A DNA stretch of 64,000 nt from Arenicellales bacterium (GTDB taxonomy: Bacteria > Pseudomonadota > Gammaproteobacteria > Arenicellales > JAJDZL01). Shown piece after piece: positions 1 to 11,126 of the stretch. Positions within the stretch are counted from its first letter, which is position 1. Every line of letters starts with the position of its first letter. Under the pieces are notes generated by a model. It saw only the letters and a list, made by a program, of their open reading frames with translations, did not search any database and had not been told where the DNA came from. The stretch lies in NCBI GenBank assembly GCA_965214615.1, contig OZ243952.1, positions 2,125,734 through 2,189,733 on the forward strand. The letters run 5' to 3'. Made by a program: the position numbers and the translations under genes.

Positions 1-3000
1 GCCGAAATTGCCGGGCAAATCGGCTATACCCAGATTTCCGCTTCGTTTCAAGTCAGCCCTCTGATGAAATATGTGAGCCGGGGAGATACGACTGTTGTCG
101 ATGCCTATCTTTCGCCGGTGCTGCGCCGCTATGTCGATCAGGTTGCCGCCGACATCAGCGGCGTGCGTCTGATGTTCATGCAGTCCAACGGCGGCCTGAC
201 CGACGCGAACCGATTCCAGGGCAAGGACAGCATACTTTCAGGACCTGCCGGCGGCATTGTCGGCGCCGTAGAGACCAGCAGGCGCGCCGGGTTCGGCAAG
301 ATCATCGCTTTCGACATGGGCGGGACATCCACCGATGTCTCGCACTATGCCGGCGAGTATGAGCGCGCCTATGACACTCATGTCGCAGGTGTGCGGATTC
401 GTTCGCCGATCATGAGAATTCATACTGTTGCCGCCGGCGGCGGTTCGATCCTGCATTTTGACGGATTGAAATATCGCGTTGGACCGGACTCGGCCGGTGC
501 CAATCCAGGACCTGCCTGCTACCGCAACGGCGGCCCGCTCACCATCACCGACTGCAACCTGATGCTTGGAAAACTGCTTCCCGATCACTTTCCAAGCATA
601 TTCGGACCGCACGGCGACAAGCCATTGAGCCGTGAGTGCGTCGAAGACGAATTTGACAGTCTCGCGCGTTCGATTCACGAACGGGCCGGCGATGAGCGCT
701 CAGCGCTGGACGTAGCGGAGGGATTCTTGAGAATCGCTGTCGACAACATGGCCAATGCGATCAAGAAAATCTCGGTTCAACGCGGCTATGACATTACCGA
801 GTATGTTCTGTGCTGCTTTGGCGGAGCGGGTGGGCAGCATGCCTGCCTTGTTGCTGATGCGCTGGGAATCGATACAGTTTTCATCCACCCTTACGCAGGT
901 GTTCTATCCGCATATGGAATCGGACTTGCTGACGTGCGCGCAATGCGCGAGGAAGCGGTGGAATTCGCGCTGTCAGACGATTTGATCTCCAAGTTGGAGC
1001 AGCGATGCGCGAAACTAATAGACATGGTCATCAGCGAAGTCGTCAGTCAGAATGTGGAACGCGACAAGATCGCCATCGAACGTCGGCTGCATGTGCGCTA
1101 CGAGGGAACTGACTCTGCCATGGTTGTCGACTTCGCCGATGCCGACCGGGTGCGCAGCCAATTCGAGCAGCTTCACCGCAAGCGCTTCGGATTCACCATG
1201 CCCCGCAAGTCGGTCATTGTCGAGGCGGTAGCGATCGAGGCGATCGGAAAAACCGACGCTGAAATCAATCAGATCGAACCGGCGACTCCTCGTATCACGC
1301 CCGCTCAGCCGCACTCGGAAACGCCGATGTACTGCTCCGGCCGGATGCTGGATGCAAAGGTCTATCTGCGGGAACAGCTGATCGTTGCAGACAGGATCGA
1401 AGGTCCGGCAATTGTGGTTGAGGCGAACGCCACCACGATCGTCGAGCCAGGCTGGCAGCTCAAGGTGACTGCGCTGAATGACCTGGTACTGACTCGTGCC
1501 GCACCTAGGCCGAAAGGCAAGGCACTGGGAACAGACGCTGATCCTGTCATGCTGGAAGTGTTCAATAATCTTTTCATGTCAATTGCCGAGCAGATGGGCG
1601 CTGCGCTGGAAAACACAGCCTACTCTGTCAATATCAAGGAGCGCCTGGACTTCTCGTGCGCGGTTTTCGATTCGCGCGGAGACCTGGTAGCGAACGCGCC
1701 GCATATGCCGGTGCATCTGGGATCGATGAGCGAGTCCGTCAAAATTGTAATCCGCAACCGCAGCGGCACGATCAGGCAGGGAGACTCGTTTATTTTGAAC
1801 AATCCCTACAATGGGGGCACCCATCTGCCGGACATTACTGTGATTACCCCGGTTTTCGACCAGGGCGGGACAGCAATTCTGTTCTATGTCGCCTCGCGCG
1901 GACATCATGCGGATGTCGGAGGAATCACTCCCGGATCAATGCCGCCGGACAGCAGCGTCATTGAAGAGGAAGGGGTTCTGATTGACGATGTCCAGCTGAT
2001 TGATCAAGGAGTATTCCTGGAAGCTGAAATCACAGAATTGCTGACAGGCGCGGCCTACCCGGTGCGCAATGTCGAGCAAAATCTTGCCGACATCCGCGCA
2101 CAGGTCGCAGCGAACGAAAAAGGAGTTCAGGAGCTGCGCGCCATGGTCGAGCATTTCGGCCTTGACGTCGTTCACGCCTACATGCAGCATGTACAGGACA
2201 ATGCGGAGTACTCGGTCAGGAAAGTCCTTGGCGCGCTGCGCAACGGACATTTCCGGTACGAAATGGACGATGGAAGCGCAATTGAGGTCACTATCTCGAT
2301 AGACAATGAGGCGCAATCTGCGGTTGTCGATTTCACCGGCACTTCCAGGCAGCGGGAAACCAATTTCAATGCGCCTTCCTCAGTTGCAAGAGCCGCGGTG
2401 ATGTATGTATTTCGCACACTGGTCGACGATCAGATCCCGATGAACGAAGGCTGCTTGAAGCCTATTGAAATTATCATCCCGGACGGTTGCATGCTCAAGC
2501 CCGAATATCCGGCCGCAGTCGTAGCAGGCAACGTTGAAACATCGCAGTACATCACCGATGCGCTGTACGGCGCGCTCGGGGTAATGGCAGCCGCCCAAGG
2601 CACCATGAACAACTTCACGTTCGGCAACGACAAGTATCAGTATTATGAAACGATATGCGGCGGTTCGGGCGCGGGACCTGATTTTCCGGGATGCGACGCA
2701 GTTCATACGCATATGACGAATGCGAAGCTTACGGACCCTGAAGTGCTCGAATGGCGATTTCCAATCCGGCTTGAAAGTTTCGAAGTCCGTACCGGAAGCG
2801 GCGGCAAAGGCAAACACCGCGGCGGAGACGGGGTGATTCGAAAGCTGATGTTTCTCGAGCCGATGACAGCGGCCATACTGTCCGGCCACCGACGCATTGC
2901 GCCATACGGCGTCGACGGCGCCGAGCCCGGCGCAGTGGGCCGCAATACTGTCCTTCGCGCCAATGGCGAAGCCGAGGCAATGGGTTCGACAGATCGCACT

Positions 3001-3066
3001 GAAATGAATGCAGGCGACGTATTCGTAATTGAGACTCCGGGGGGCGGCGGATTCGGATCCGCCTAG
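1..3066 (+). CDS. 5-oxoprolinase / N-methylhydantoinase family protein (fused HyuA-HyuB type); 5' end lies upstream of the window
   Basis: Frame 1 is open from nt 1 ([21 protein letters not shown] precedes the listed Met at 64), so the gene is truncated by the window edge. It has the hydantoinase-A ATP-binding block [11 protein letters not shown] followed by the hydantoinase-B/oxoprolinase block [16 protein letters not shown]. Size and domain order fit the fused ATP-dependent enzyme. Confidence 0.85.
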   Translation, partial: AEIAGQIGYTQISASFQVSPLMKYVSRGDTTVVDAYLSPVLRRYVDQVAADISGVRLMFMQSNGGLTDANRFQGKDSILSGPAGGIVGAVETSRRAGFGKIIAFDMGGTSTDVSHYAGEYERAYDTHVAGVRIRSPIMRIHTVAAGGGSILHFDGLKYRVGPDSAGANPGPACYRNGGPLTITDCNLMLGKLLPDHFPSIFGPHGDKPLSRECVEDEFDSLARSIHERAGDERSALDVAEGFLRIAVDNMANAIKKISVQRGYDITEYVLCCFGGAGGQHACLVADALGIDTVFIHPYAGVLSAYGIGLADVRAMREEAVEFALSDDLISKLEQRCAKLIDMVISEVVSQNVERDKIAIERRLHVRYEGTDSAMVVDFADADRVRSQFEQLHRKRFGFTMPRKSVIVEAVAIEAIGKTDAEINQIEPATPRITPAQPHSETPMYCSGRMLDAKVYLREQLIVADRIEGPAIVVEANATTIVEPGWQLKVTALNDLVLTRAAPRPKGKALGTDADPVMLEVFNNLFMSIAEQMGAALENTAYSVNIKERLDFSCAVFDSRGDLVANAPHMPVHLGSMSESVKIVIRNRSGTIRQGDSFILNNPYNGGTHLPDITVITPVFDQGGTAILFYVASRGHHADVGGITPGSMPPDSSVIEEEGVLIDDVQLIDQGVFLEAEITELLTGAAYPVRNVEQNLADIRAQVAANEKGVQELRAMVEHFGLDVVHAYMQHVQDNAEYSVRKVLGALRNGHFRYEMDDGSAIEVTISIDNEAQSAVVDFTGTSRQRETNFNAPSSVARAAVMYVFRTLVDDQIPMNEGCLKPIEIIIPDGCMLKPEYPAAVVAGNVETSQYITDALYGALGVMAAAQGTMNNFTFGNDKYQYYETICGGSGAGPDFPGCDAVHTHMTNAKLTDPEVLEWRFPIRLESFEVRTGSGGKGKHRGGDGVIRKLMFLEPMTAAILSGHRRIAPYGVDGAEPGAVGRNTVLRANGEAEAMGSTDRTEMNAGDVFVIETPGGGGFGSA

Positions 3067-3200
3067 GATTCGATCAAGCGTGTCTTTTGTCAAATCAGCG
3101 CCGTATTGTGCATTGCAACATGGGATCGTTATTTTTATAATACGTCCCGATGATGTGCGGCATGGATGAAGCCTGACGGGGCTGTGTTTTCGCATGCCTC

Positions 3201-4574
3201 ATGTCTGAATTGCAGCCGAATTATCAATACAAGAGGACTAATGAAATGACCTTTGCACCTGCCAACGGCCATCAATGGCCAACTGATCTGCAAGGCAAGC
3301 TGGACGCCTTCCCGGCACCCTCCTACGCTCCTGACCGATGGAATGACATTAAGCGCGATTACGACTGGACAGAGGTAGAACGGCTGAGAGGGTCGGTGCG
3401 CGTGCGTCATACGCTCGCCGAAATGGGTGCGGAAAAACTCTGGCACGGCCTGCAAAACGAGGACTACGTCGCATCGCTGGGAGCCTATTCGGGCTGTCAG
3501 GCAGTGCAACATGTTCGAGCCGGATTGAAATCCATCTATCTTTCCGGATGGCAAGTGGCCGCAGATGCAAACAACGCCGGACAAACCTATCCTGACCAGT
3601 CCCTTTATCCGGCAAATTCTGTTCCTCAGGTCATCGAGCGCATCAACAATGCGTTTATGCGGCAGGACCAGATTCAGACCATGGAGCGCCTCAGAGGCGA
3701 AGAAACCACCAGCATTGACTGGTTCGCACCTATCGTCGCCGACGCCGAAGCAGGATTCGGAGGTCCTTTGAACGTATTCGAAATTATGAAAGCGATGATC
3801 AGGGCCGGCGCTGCAGGGGTGCATTTTGAGGACCAGCTGTCTTCAGAAAAAAAATGCGGCCATCTTGGAGGAAAGGTACTGCTTCCGACGGCGCACGGCA
3901 TTCGCAACCTGTCCGCCGCGCGACTCGCCGCCGACGTCATGGGTGTCCCGACGGTCATTATCGCCCGCACGGATGCCGAAGCGGCGCGTTTGATCACGTC
4001 AGACATTGACGAGCGCGATCACCCGTTCATCACCGGCGAGCGGACTACTGAAGGGTTCTTCAGAATCACCGGCGAAATGGAAATGTGCATTGCCCGCGGA
4101 CTGGCGTATGCGCCGTATGCCGATTTGATCTGGATGGAGACTTCCACTCCGAATCTCGAACAGGCAAAAGTGTTCGCAGATGCGATTCACGAGCAGTTTC
4201 CAGGCAAGATGCTGGCCTACAACTGTTCGCCGTCGTTCAATTGGCGCAAGCACCTGGAAAGCGACGATCTAGAAGCCTATCAGCGTGAACTTGCGAAGCT
4301 CGGATACCGCTACCAGTTTATTACGCTTGCCAGTTTCCATAGCGTGAACTACTCCAGCTTCGACATTGCCCGCAAGTATCTCGAATTTGGAATGAAAGGG
4401 TATTCGGAACTGCAGGAGTCGGAATTTGCTGCTGAAGAGTTCGGATTTTCCGCAACGCGTCATCAGCACGAAGTTGGAGTAAGCTACTACGATGCGGTCG
4501 CCGAAGCCACAACCGGTTCGGGCGAGTCTTCGACCACGGCGATGGCAGAATCTACCGAAGTTGCCCAGTTCTAA
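3201..4574 (+). CDS. aceA: isocitrate lyase
   Basis: Carries the isocitrate lyase signature KKCGHLGGK, plus [12 protein letters not shown] and ARTDAEAA blocks. Length is 442-457 aa depending on start (ATG 3201 or ATG 3246). Confidence 0.93.
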   Translation: MSELQPNYQYKRTNEMTFAPANGHQWPTDLQGKLDAFPAPSYAPDRWNDIKRDYDWTEVERLRGSVRVRHTLAEMGAEKLWHGLQNEDYVASLGAYSGCQAVQHVRAGLKSIYLSGWQVAADANNAGQTYPDQSLYPANSVPQVIERINNAFMRQDQIQTMERLRGEETTSIDWFAPIVADAEAGFGGPLNVFEIMKAMIRAGAAGVHFEDQLSSEKKCGHLGGKVLLPTAHGIRNLSAARLAADVMGVPTVIIARTDAEAARLITSDIDERDHPFITGERTTEGFFRITGEMEMCIARGLAYAPYADLIWMETSTPNLEQAKVFADAIHEQFPGKMLAYNCSPSFNWRKHLESDDLEAYQRELAKLGYRYQFITLASFHSVNYSSFDIARKYLEFGMKGYSELQESEFAAEEFGFSATRHQHEVGVSYYDAVAEATTGSGESSTTAMAESTEVAQF

Positions 4575-4593
4575 CTCAAGCCAGACTTAACTC

Positions 4594-4663
4594 ATCGGGT
4601 AGGAGGCGAGATTACTCTCGCCGTCCTCCCACACCACCGTACGTACGGTTCCGTATACGGCGG
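4594..4663 (-). ncRNA. group II intron domains V and VI (catalytic hairpin and branch-point helix)
   Basis: DV lower helix CCGCCGUA/UACGGUGG pairs over 8 bp. DVI has GGCGAGA-GUAA-UCUCGCC plus an outer helix with a single bulged A on the 3' strand. The intron terminus is ...ACCCGAU. Confidence 0.7.
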
Positions 4664-4664
4664 T

Positions 4665-6068
4665 TCATGGCAAGCAACGCAGACGTACAACGGTATCCGT
4701 CAAAGACACCAGACCAAGCCGACAAAAGTAAGCAATCGGGAAGGCTTGGTTCATGTGAGAAGCACCGCTGTTCCACCAAGGACCGTAGCCATTGGTGGCG
4801 GATTTCCACGCCCGAACCTCATCCAATCCCAACCGCATCAAGTTGCGAGCGCGTGTGAAGACACGCTTCCATTGCCGCCAGATGATACAGCGCAATTTGT
4901 GCCGTATCCACATGTCGAGTCTTCTCAACAGCACCTTCGCTTCAGCTAGCTTGAAATAGGCTGCCCATCCGCGAAGCAGTCGGTTAAGATGCTCAATCGT
5001 GTAGGTGAGACTTCGTCCGCGCGCACCGCGCAGAACCTCTCGCACCCTGGCTTTGAAACGCCTGCGGCTCTTAAATGAGATGCGCACGGTCGCCCGCGCA
5101 CCGCCCACAATGGTGTAGCCCAGAAATTGCCGTTTCGAAGGCCGCGCGACCGCGCTTTTGTCCTTGTTGACTTTCAGCTTCAACCGCTCCGCCAGAAACA
5201 CTTCCAGACTTTCCATCAATTTCAGGCCCGCTTTCTCACTGCGCACATAGATGTTGCAGTCGTCCGCATAACGGCAGAAACGATGGCCTCGCCTTTCCAG
5301 TTCCTTGTCCAGCTCTGTAAGCAGTACGTTGGACAGAAGTGGGCTCAATGGGCTACCTTGTGGCGTCCCGGTCCGGCGGGGCGAAACCACCCCGTCTGTC
5401 ATCATGCCTGCCTTCAGATACCGGCGAATCAACTTCAAAACCCGCCTGTCGCTCACCTTGCGAGACAACTTGCCCATCAAAATATCGTGATTCACCAGAT
5501 CGAAAAACTTTTCCAAATCCAAATCAACCACCCAGTTGCAGCCCGACTCAACATGCCGTTGCGCCTGACGCACCGCCTGATGCGCATTGCGACCCGGCCG
5601 GAATCCGTAACTGCTGTCACTGAAGTCCGGCTCGAATATCCCGCTCAACACCTGATGCAACGCCTGCTGAATCATTCGGTCCAGCAGTGTCGGTATGCCG
5701 AGTGTGCGAACCCCGCCTTGCGGCTTGGGAATGTCCACCCGACGAACTGGCGCAGGAATATACTCCTGTGCCAGCAGCTTGGCCTTGACCGTTGGCCAAT
5801 GCCGCTTCAGATGTGCTTTGAACTCGGCTACGCCAATGCCATCGACACCGGCACCGCCTTTGTTCGCACACACCCTGTCATAGGCTTTCTTCATGTTGGC
5901 AGGCGAAAGCACCGCCTCCATCAAATCGGCCTTTTGTGGCTGCGCTTTCGTCCGCGTCGGGTTCGCCGTTTCCGCCTCGACACCCAGCGCGGCTGTTGAC
6001 GGCTTCTGTCCGTCGCCTTCCGTCCGGGCCTGACCTTGTCGACCAGCTTGTGTCTTGTTCGGTTTCAT
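4665..6068 (-). CDS. group II intron reverse transcriptase/maturase (no endonuclease domain)
   Basis: RT blocks [32 protein letters not shown] and [13 protein letters not shown], and the catalytic [12 protein letters not shown]. Maturase X-like region [12 protein letters not shown]. The ORF ends at domain V with no HNH tail. Confidence 0.93.
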   Translation of the reverse strand: MKPNKTQAGRQGQARTEGDGQKPSTAALGVEAETANPTRTKAQPQKADLMEAVLSPANMKKAYDRVCANKGGAGVDGIGVAEFKAHLKRHWPTVKAKLLAQEYIPAPVRRVDIPKPQGGVRTLGIPTLLDRMIQQALHQVLSGIFEPDFSDSSYGFRPGRNAHQAVRQAQRHVESGCNWVVDLDLEKFFDLVNHDILMGKLSRKVSDRRVLKLIRRYLKAGMMTDGVVSPRRTGTPQGSPLSPLLSNVLLTELDKELERRGHRFCRYADDCNIYVRSEKAGLKLMESLEVFLAERLKLKVNKDKSAVARPSKRQFLGYTIVGGARATVRISFKSRRRFKARVREVLRGARGRSLTYTIEHLNRLLRGWAAYFKLAEAKVLLRRLDMWIRHKLRCIIWRQWKRVFTRARNLMRLGLDEVRAWKSATNGYGPWWNSGASHMNQAFPIAYFCRLGLVSLTDTVVRLRCLP

Positions 6069-6529
6069 CGGGATTGTCCCTCGCCTACTCGCATCTTGCC
6101 ATGTTCAGCCCTTCAACCGCCGGTGAGCGGCCTACTATGGCTTCTGCTGACTTCTGCTGCCCCATCCCGCATCCTTTCGAATCCGGTAGCCATTGGCAGA
6201 GCAGCAGACCTCCCAGGGTAATGCGCGCGACCTTCCCACTTATGCCTGCCGCATATACGTCCACGGTTTCCGTACAAGTACCGGGCTTTGAAAATATTTG
6301 CCTTCTCACCCACCGTGACCGCCTCGTATGCGATTCCTGTTCGTCAGGCCAGTGGTTTGCCTTCAGCTTCCTTCAGATTCCGCTTCGCAGCGGACACCCT
6401 TGCCGTTCGGCTAACCGTTCCCCTTGTCGGGCCGGTAGCGGACTTGCACCGCCAGGTCATCCGACCACCACCACGTGTGTCGGAATAGCGCCAGTCAAGG
6501 CGCTGCGCGCCATGCCTGGCGCACAAGCC

Positions 6530-6562
6530 AAAAAAGGAGCGCAAATTGCGCTCCTTTTTTTT
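6530..6562. terminator. bidirectional Rho-independent terminator (A6-GGAGCGC-AAATT-GCGCTCC-T8)
   Basis: Perfect 7-bp GC-rich stem (6536-6542 / 6548-6554) with a 5-nt loop, an A-run on one side and a T8 run on the other. It lies 55 nt downstream of the autotransporter stop (minus strand) and would also have served aceA (plus strand) before the intron insertion. Confidence 0.8.
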
Positions 6563-6616
6563 CGGTTCGCCAGGCAGGCGCTTCGCAACGAAGAACCGGC
6601 CTGGCATATTACGAAG

Positions 6617-9600
6617 CTAGAACTTCAACTGGTATCCGATCATGGCTGCATGATAGTCCTCGCCATCAGCCTCCAATCCCGTCATTGCGAGTTTCCACAT
6701 GCCCTGAGAAGATCCAGGAGACTTTATCGCAGCGCCGAAGCTCAACTGGCTTACCGTCTCTGGCATAGACCTTACGCCGGCTTTCGTGTTGAAACTCAAA
6801 ATTCCGTCCTTGTCAGACTGGCGAAGAGTCAGATCGTTCACATCCTGAGAATTCGTGCGCATTACATCGAATCGCATGTGCGGCCTCCACTGAATGCTGC
6901 TCGCCGAATTCAGCCATTGGGTGGCTGCTATCCCGAAACCCAGCTTCGCAGATGTGTAATCCTGCGAGTAGGCGGGAACACTGGCTGTCATGACTGCACC
7001 ATGAGCATCATGTGCATCCTGTTCGAACGTACCTGCTTGAAACGCAGCTGACGGGCCGAATCGCAGACCATTGCTTATCCATGAAGTGCCAGCGCTAAGC
7101 TGAATCTGAGAACTTCGGATTCGCGAATTGCTGATTAGCGCACTGTTTATGACAGGATTGTCTACGACAGATTTCGCTTCGAAGTTGCCCTGTGACACAC
7201 GCAGGTTTGCAAAATGACGGTCGTTGCGCAGTCCACCATTGATCGCGTATGAACTGCCTTCGGCAGCAAATTTGAGCGAATCGACGGATCCGGAAACGTT
7301 CGGCATCATCGATGCTTCGATGTAATATCCGTTGTTTCCCTGCAAAGACAGGCCGATTTCAGAACCGCCGACAGACGCGTCAGAGGTTTCTGAAAATTCT
7401 CCGGTGCTGTTTCGTACCCACAATCGATACGGCGCATCGGTTGCCGCTCCTGATTGCTGAATGCTGCGACTGTCAGCCGAGGCAAAATATGACGAAACCG
7501 GCGAAGCAAACGCATGTGAGGTAAAACTTGTACCAGTATCGTCACCGCCAAGGAAATTGGATAGCAAGACTGCTAGCAGTCCCAAGCCGATCGCAGCACC
7601 GGCACCGCTGCCGGATCCGCCGCCACCACCTCCGGACGCACTGCCCGAACCACCTGCGGCAGGTCCTGATCCACCGGCACCCGGTTCGGGATTTTCAGGA
7701 AGCACGGCAACTCCGATATTACCCGCCATTTCAGAGTCAAAAGTCGCCACTGCGCCACTTTCAACCGTACCGACCATGTGAACTTCGCCGCCAGATTCCG
7801 ACAGAATCTGCAATTCGGTAACAACTTGCGGGGTGTCTGACATGTCTCCGCTAGTGATGCTATCAACAAATAGGATTGGGAAGATTTGATCTTCAGTGGC
7901 AATTTTAGTCTGAACACCTTCCACCATGTCAGGCTCTATGTCAGAATTCAGCTGGGCATAAACAGCCGCATCGGCGCTATCAATTCCTTCGAAGTGCAAT
8001 GTTCCGGCAAACAATTGCCCGGTAAATTTACCTTCATCATCGATATCAAACACCAGTTTTCCCGCCCGATGCACCGTCATTGTTCCTTGGTTTAAATTAA
8101 GACTTCCGGATACCACCAGCACTCCATTTTCGAGGTTCAATGCACTGTTTTCAAAAAAGACGCCGCCACTGAAGTGCGTAGTACCAGGACCGGTTATAGT
8201 CATTGTTTCTAGGCCAAAAATGTCACCCGTCAGATTGAACAGCCGATTTTCTGCAATGTTGATATTCATCTCATCATCACCACCCAAACCGAAATCTATC
8301 TTTCCATCGATCGAGCCGGATTCGGTGACATTCAAAACATCATCGAATGAACCGTCTGCAAACTGAACATTTCCGACAAGCGTGCTTGCAATCAGATCCA
8401 AGGTGCCCTTGCCGCCAATGAACATGACCGCATGCCCCTTTTCGTCCTGACTGGATCCGAACGCTGAAACTTTCGCGCCGCCGCTGACAGTCACCTTGGC
8501 ATGCCCGGTGGTTGAAGATACGCCTTGGGAAGAAAGTGCGGCCAGTATGCCGATACCAATTGTCTCGTTAAAGTCATTAGTGCTCGTATCGTCGCTCTCA
8601 GCGCCAAACGCCGTTATGTTGGCAGTGGCGCCCTTCACCTGAACGTCAACATCGACATCGGCGTCTACATCGTCGCTACTGCTGCTTGTATAAGCATTGG
8701 CCCGGATGCCGATTCCGAATTTTCGCGCTACAGGGGGTGTTGCATCCGGGTCGCCTTCGTTTCCAGCGGTTACCGTGCCCGTATTGATGACAACTACATT
8801 TCCGGAACCGTGTGACTCAACTCCTAAGCCCTCTGTTCGATTGCCGGTCGCCTTGACTGTTCCAGAGTTTGTAACTCGGGCGTCGCCGCCGTTTAGTATC
8901 CTTCCGGAATTTCTTGGATTGTGAAAGAAACCCGCGAAAACACCGCCTGTCAGCCAATCCGCGTTCCCGTTGCCGTTGACTGTGATAGTGCCGCTATTTT
9001 CAGCGTGCGCCTCTCCCTTTGCGTCGTCGATGTTTTCGGCTTCGTCGTGCCAAAAAGTCGCTTCAATGCCTTCGGAGCTATCGCCGTTGGTAATGATTGT
9101 GCCTGAATTGGACACTTTGACCATTCTGCCGCTTTCGGAGCCCGCCGGCGCGATGATTGAAGCGCCATCGGATTCATCTCCGTGCGTAGTGATCTTGCCT
9201 TCATTTGTTCCTCGCGCAATCTGCGACACGGCCCAGGTAGACATTCCGTGAGAATTGCCACCGTGGGTGATGATTCTGCCTGCATTGGATACCATCGCTG
9301 TTCCCGCACCAACTTCATTAGTCACTGCACGCACCCCGTGTGCTCCAGCAACCGTGGAATCTCCCTCGACGCCAGTTGTAATCTCTGCGTCTGATTGGTT
9401 GATAGCCGTAGCGTCACCGCTTTGAGCACCAGCATAAATTCCGTCGGCTCGATGGAAGTTTTCAGTACGATGCTCGAACATTCCGCCCGTAGTTGTAACG
9501 GTGCCGAAGTTTTCGACTTGTACATTACCCGTACCTTCGGTGTAGCCCGTCATTCCGCGTGCGCCTGTACCGCTCGTAGTAATTTTACCGGCAGATTCAT

Positions 9601-10486
9601 TGCGCAGTGAAATGTTGCCCGGAGAATCGTTCATGTGAGCACTTATGCCGTGGGCATTATAAACACCCGTCTCACCACCAAAATCATGTCCGTCACCGCT
9701 TGTTGAAATCTGCTTTCGGTTGATGATGTTGATGTCTCCGCCACCTTTCGGGGTAAGCGGGTCATCATCATATTCGCCAATATCAGCAGTCATTCCCCTT
9801 GCCGCCGTTCCTTGAGCGTCAATCATGCCTTCATTAACCAAGGTAATCGTGCCTGCACCGTCACCGATCCACGCATAGAATCCGTTCGCTACTCGATTTG
9901 GAAAATTTTCGCCTTCACCGCGTTGATGCGTGTTGCCGGTAGTCGTAATCGTCCCCTTGTTAGTCGCCATTACGTTTGCACCAAAATAGCTGCCTACTAC
10001 AAGACCCATACGACCATTACCACTGGACTCGATAATTCCATGATTTTCGACATCAAGATCGTAAGCTGTTCCACCGTCGGGATCAACATCAGATATTGAA
10101 ATCACAATACGATCAACTTCCGTGTCGTTGTTTGCCAACGAACCCGTGATGAACAACGTGCCCACTTCGGTTGCCGTGTCAATACGAAAAACTTCATTGT
10201 TATCGGTGCCATCCATGTCGATAATGACTTTTGATTTTCCCGCAACAAAACCAGAAGTAAAGGCAAACAAATCGACCCACCAGTCACGGTTTGCGACACC
10301 TTCCAAATCACCGTTACATGTGATTTTGAAGTCGGATCCGGTGTTGCTTTGTGAAAAGGGATTATCAGGATTGGATTGGAAATTTACGGTCCCGCGCTCG
10401 ATAGTGCAAGGAGACGTTTGTGAATGAGCTTGCAGGGGAAGAAGAAGCGTACATGCAAAAGCCAGTGACAATATTGCACTGGCCAA
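6617..10486 (-). CDS. autotransporter (type Va) outer-membrane protein with repeat-rich passenger. The listed start is a TTG; the true start is probably ATG 10583, out of frame at the G9 tract.
   Basis: Hydrophobic signal-like N-terminus [19 protein letters not shown]. At least 12 degenerate N-x-G-x-I-T-T-x-G passenger repeats. Gly/Ser linker [28 protein letters not shown]. About 280-aa C-terminal beta-barrel-like region ending ...GYQLKF (terminal aromatic). Confidence 0.85.
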   Translation of the reverse strand: MASAILSLAFACTLLLPLQAHSQTSPCTIERGTVNFQSNPDNPFSQSNTGSDFKITCNGDLEGVANRDWWVDLFAFTSGFVAGKSKVIIDMDGTDNNEVFRIDTATEVGTLFITGSLANNDTEVDRIVISISDVDPDGGTAYDLDVENHGIIESSGNGRMGLVVGSYFGANVMATNKGTITTTGNTHQRGEGENFPNRVANGFYAWIGDGAGTITLVNEGMIDAQGTAARGMTADIGEYDDDPLTPKGGGDINIINRKQISTSGDGHDFGGETGVYNAHGISAHMNDSPGNISLRNESAGKITTSGTGARGMTGYTEGTGNVQVENFGTVTTTGGMFEHRTENFHRADGIYAGAQSGDATAINQSDAEITTGVEGDSTVAGAHGVRAVTNEVGAGTAMVSNAGRIITHGGNSHGMSTWAVSQIARGTNEGKITTHGDESDGASIIAPAGSESGRMVKVSNSGTIITNGDSSEGIEATFWHDEAENIDDAKGEAHAENSGTITVNGNGNADWLTGGVFAGFFHNPRNSGRILNGGDARVTNSGTVKATGNRTEGLGVESHGSGNVVVINTGTVTAGNEGDPDATPPVARKFGIGIRANAYTSSSSDDVDADVDVDVQVKGATANITAFGAESDDTSTNDFNETIGIGILAALSSQGVSSTTGHAKVTVSGGAKVSAFGSSQDEKGHAVMFIGGKGTLDLIASTLVGNVQFADGSFDDVLNVTESGSIDGKIDFGLGGDDEMNINIAENRLFNLTGDIFGLETMTITGPGTTHFSGGVFFENSALNLENGVLVVSGSLNLNQGTMTVHRAGKLVFDIDDEGKFTGQLFAGTLHFEGIDSADAAVYAQLNSDIEPDMVEGVQTKIATEDQIFPILFVDSITSGDMSDTPQVVTELQILSESGGEVHMVGTVESGAVATFDSEMAGNIGVAVLPENPEPGAGGSGPAAGGSGSASGGGGGGSGSGAGAAIGLGLLAVLLSNFLGGDDTGTSFTSHAFASPVSSYFASADSRSIQQSGAATDAPYRLWVRNSTGEFSETSDASVGGSEIGLSLQGNNGYYIEASMMPNVSGSVDSLKFAAEGSSYAINGGLRNDRHFANLRVSQGNFEAKSVVDNPVINSALISNSRIRSSQIQLSAGTSWISNGLRFGPSAAFQAGTFEQDAHDAHGAVMTASVPAYSQDYTSAKLGFGIAATQWLNSASSIQWRPHMRFDVMRTNSQDVNDLTLRQSDKDGILSFNTKAGVRSMPETVSQLSFGAAIKSPGSSQGMWKLAMTGLEADGEDYHAAMIGYQLKF

Positions 10487-10514
10487 TCGATTGGTTTGTA
10501 AAAAACCTTTTATT

Positions 10515-10583
10515 TCATAGCGTTGTACCCCCCCCCTCGTCGCGAAATCTAGCGGGGTGCGCTAGCTTGGATTTCAATAGCAT
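10515..10583 (-). other. SD+ATG-initiated 22-codon leader frame that runs through the G9 tract and stops 4 codons later; candidate true 5' end of the autotransporter gene
   Basis: The minus strand reads AAGGTGaaacaaATG CTA TTG AAA TCC AAG ... GAG GGG GGG GGT ACA ACG CTA TGA. Removing one G (or adding two) joins this frame to the 6617..10486 ORF, whose frame is already open (no stop) from 10561 down to the TTG at 10486. Confidence 0.6.
10528..10536 (-). repeat. homopolymeric G9 tract (C9 on the plus strand)
   Basis: Counted directly: nine consecutive C at 10528-10536 on the plus strand. Confidence 0.95.
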
Positions 10584-11126
10584 TTGTTTCACCTTAAAAT
10601 AAATTCAATATGCTCAACTTTTTCGACGAATTGAAAACCTTAAATACAACGCAAAAGGTGCGTTCAAAGGCGCAATCAACTAATCATTGGCAAGCGATTA
10701 TAAACCTAAATTAATTGACTTGAAAAGATTTACGCGACGGCCAATGCGGAAACAGCCGCTTTCGATTCTCACTGTCCAGAAAGTTTGCACTTCAGATCGA
10801 CGAGTGATGTAATCGATATGCATAGAATTCAACCCTGCCTGCCAGGGCACGGATAAGGTGTCTGCTCGTTTCGATATGGCCGTTATTGGGAGGCGGTTCA
10901 CATCAGCACTCGCGAATGCAAAGGAAATAGAACTTTCCGCAAAGAATCACTATCATATTCCCCAATTCGGCAAAATCGGCAGTGCCCTGCTCGACCGGCA
11001 TGGACTTATGGATTTCAAGGCGATGTTCGCCTTGCAGCATGCGAACGGTTTCAAGCGCGGACGCTCTGCAGTCGGCTTACATCCGCGAAATTGTTCACTT
11101 TCATCTAGGCTCCGCCCAATCAAACT

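Larger units (their letters stand above)
4594..6524 (-). mobile_element. group II intron, class IIC-like (about 1.93 kb) with internal RT/maturase ORF
   Basis: On the minus strand the 5' end reads GTGCGCC (6524 downwards), 5 nt after the T-run of a terminator hairpin. The RT ORF lies in the domain IV position. Domain V (4663-4634) reads CCGCCGUAUACGGAACCGUACGUACGGUGG, with a CGC triad instead of AGC and a short distal helix. Domain VI has a GUAA-capped helix and a bulged A (4600) 6 nt before a terminal AU (4595-4594). Boundaries were read by eye and are good to a few nt. Confidence 0.8.

Noticed and set aside
5127-5999. 290-aa plus-strand ORF antisense to the intron RT gene. Similar long shadow ORFs occur at 2380..3195, 3135..3824, 17911..18747, 25048..25857, 32947..34080 and 44633..45493.
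   Set aside because: All lie entirely inside, or antisense to, strongly supported genes. Their translations are Arg/Pro/Ala-rich low-complexity sequences with no recognisable motifs. This is the typical open antisense frame of GC-biased coding DNA.
4665-6068. The reverse transcriptase could be a retron or defence-associated RT (DRT/Abi-type) rather than an intron protein.
   Set aside because: Canonical group II ribozyme elements flank it: a GUGCG 5' end, domain V and domain VI with a bulged A. It also has a maturase X region.
5936-7051. 371-aa plus-strand ORF spanning the intron 5' domains, the terminator and the autotransporter 3' end.
   Set aside because: It crosses a strong terminator hairpin and a ribozyme region, and it is antisense to the conserved beta-barrel coding sequence. 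The composition is Ser/Pro/Arg-rich junk.
7590-7690. Highly repetitive GC-rich DNA that might be a tandem repeat or array.
   Set aside because: It simply encodes the Gly/Ser/Ala linker of the autotransporter on the minus strand. There is no spacer-repeat periodicity.
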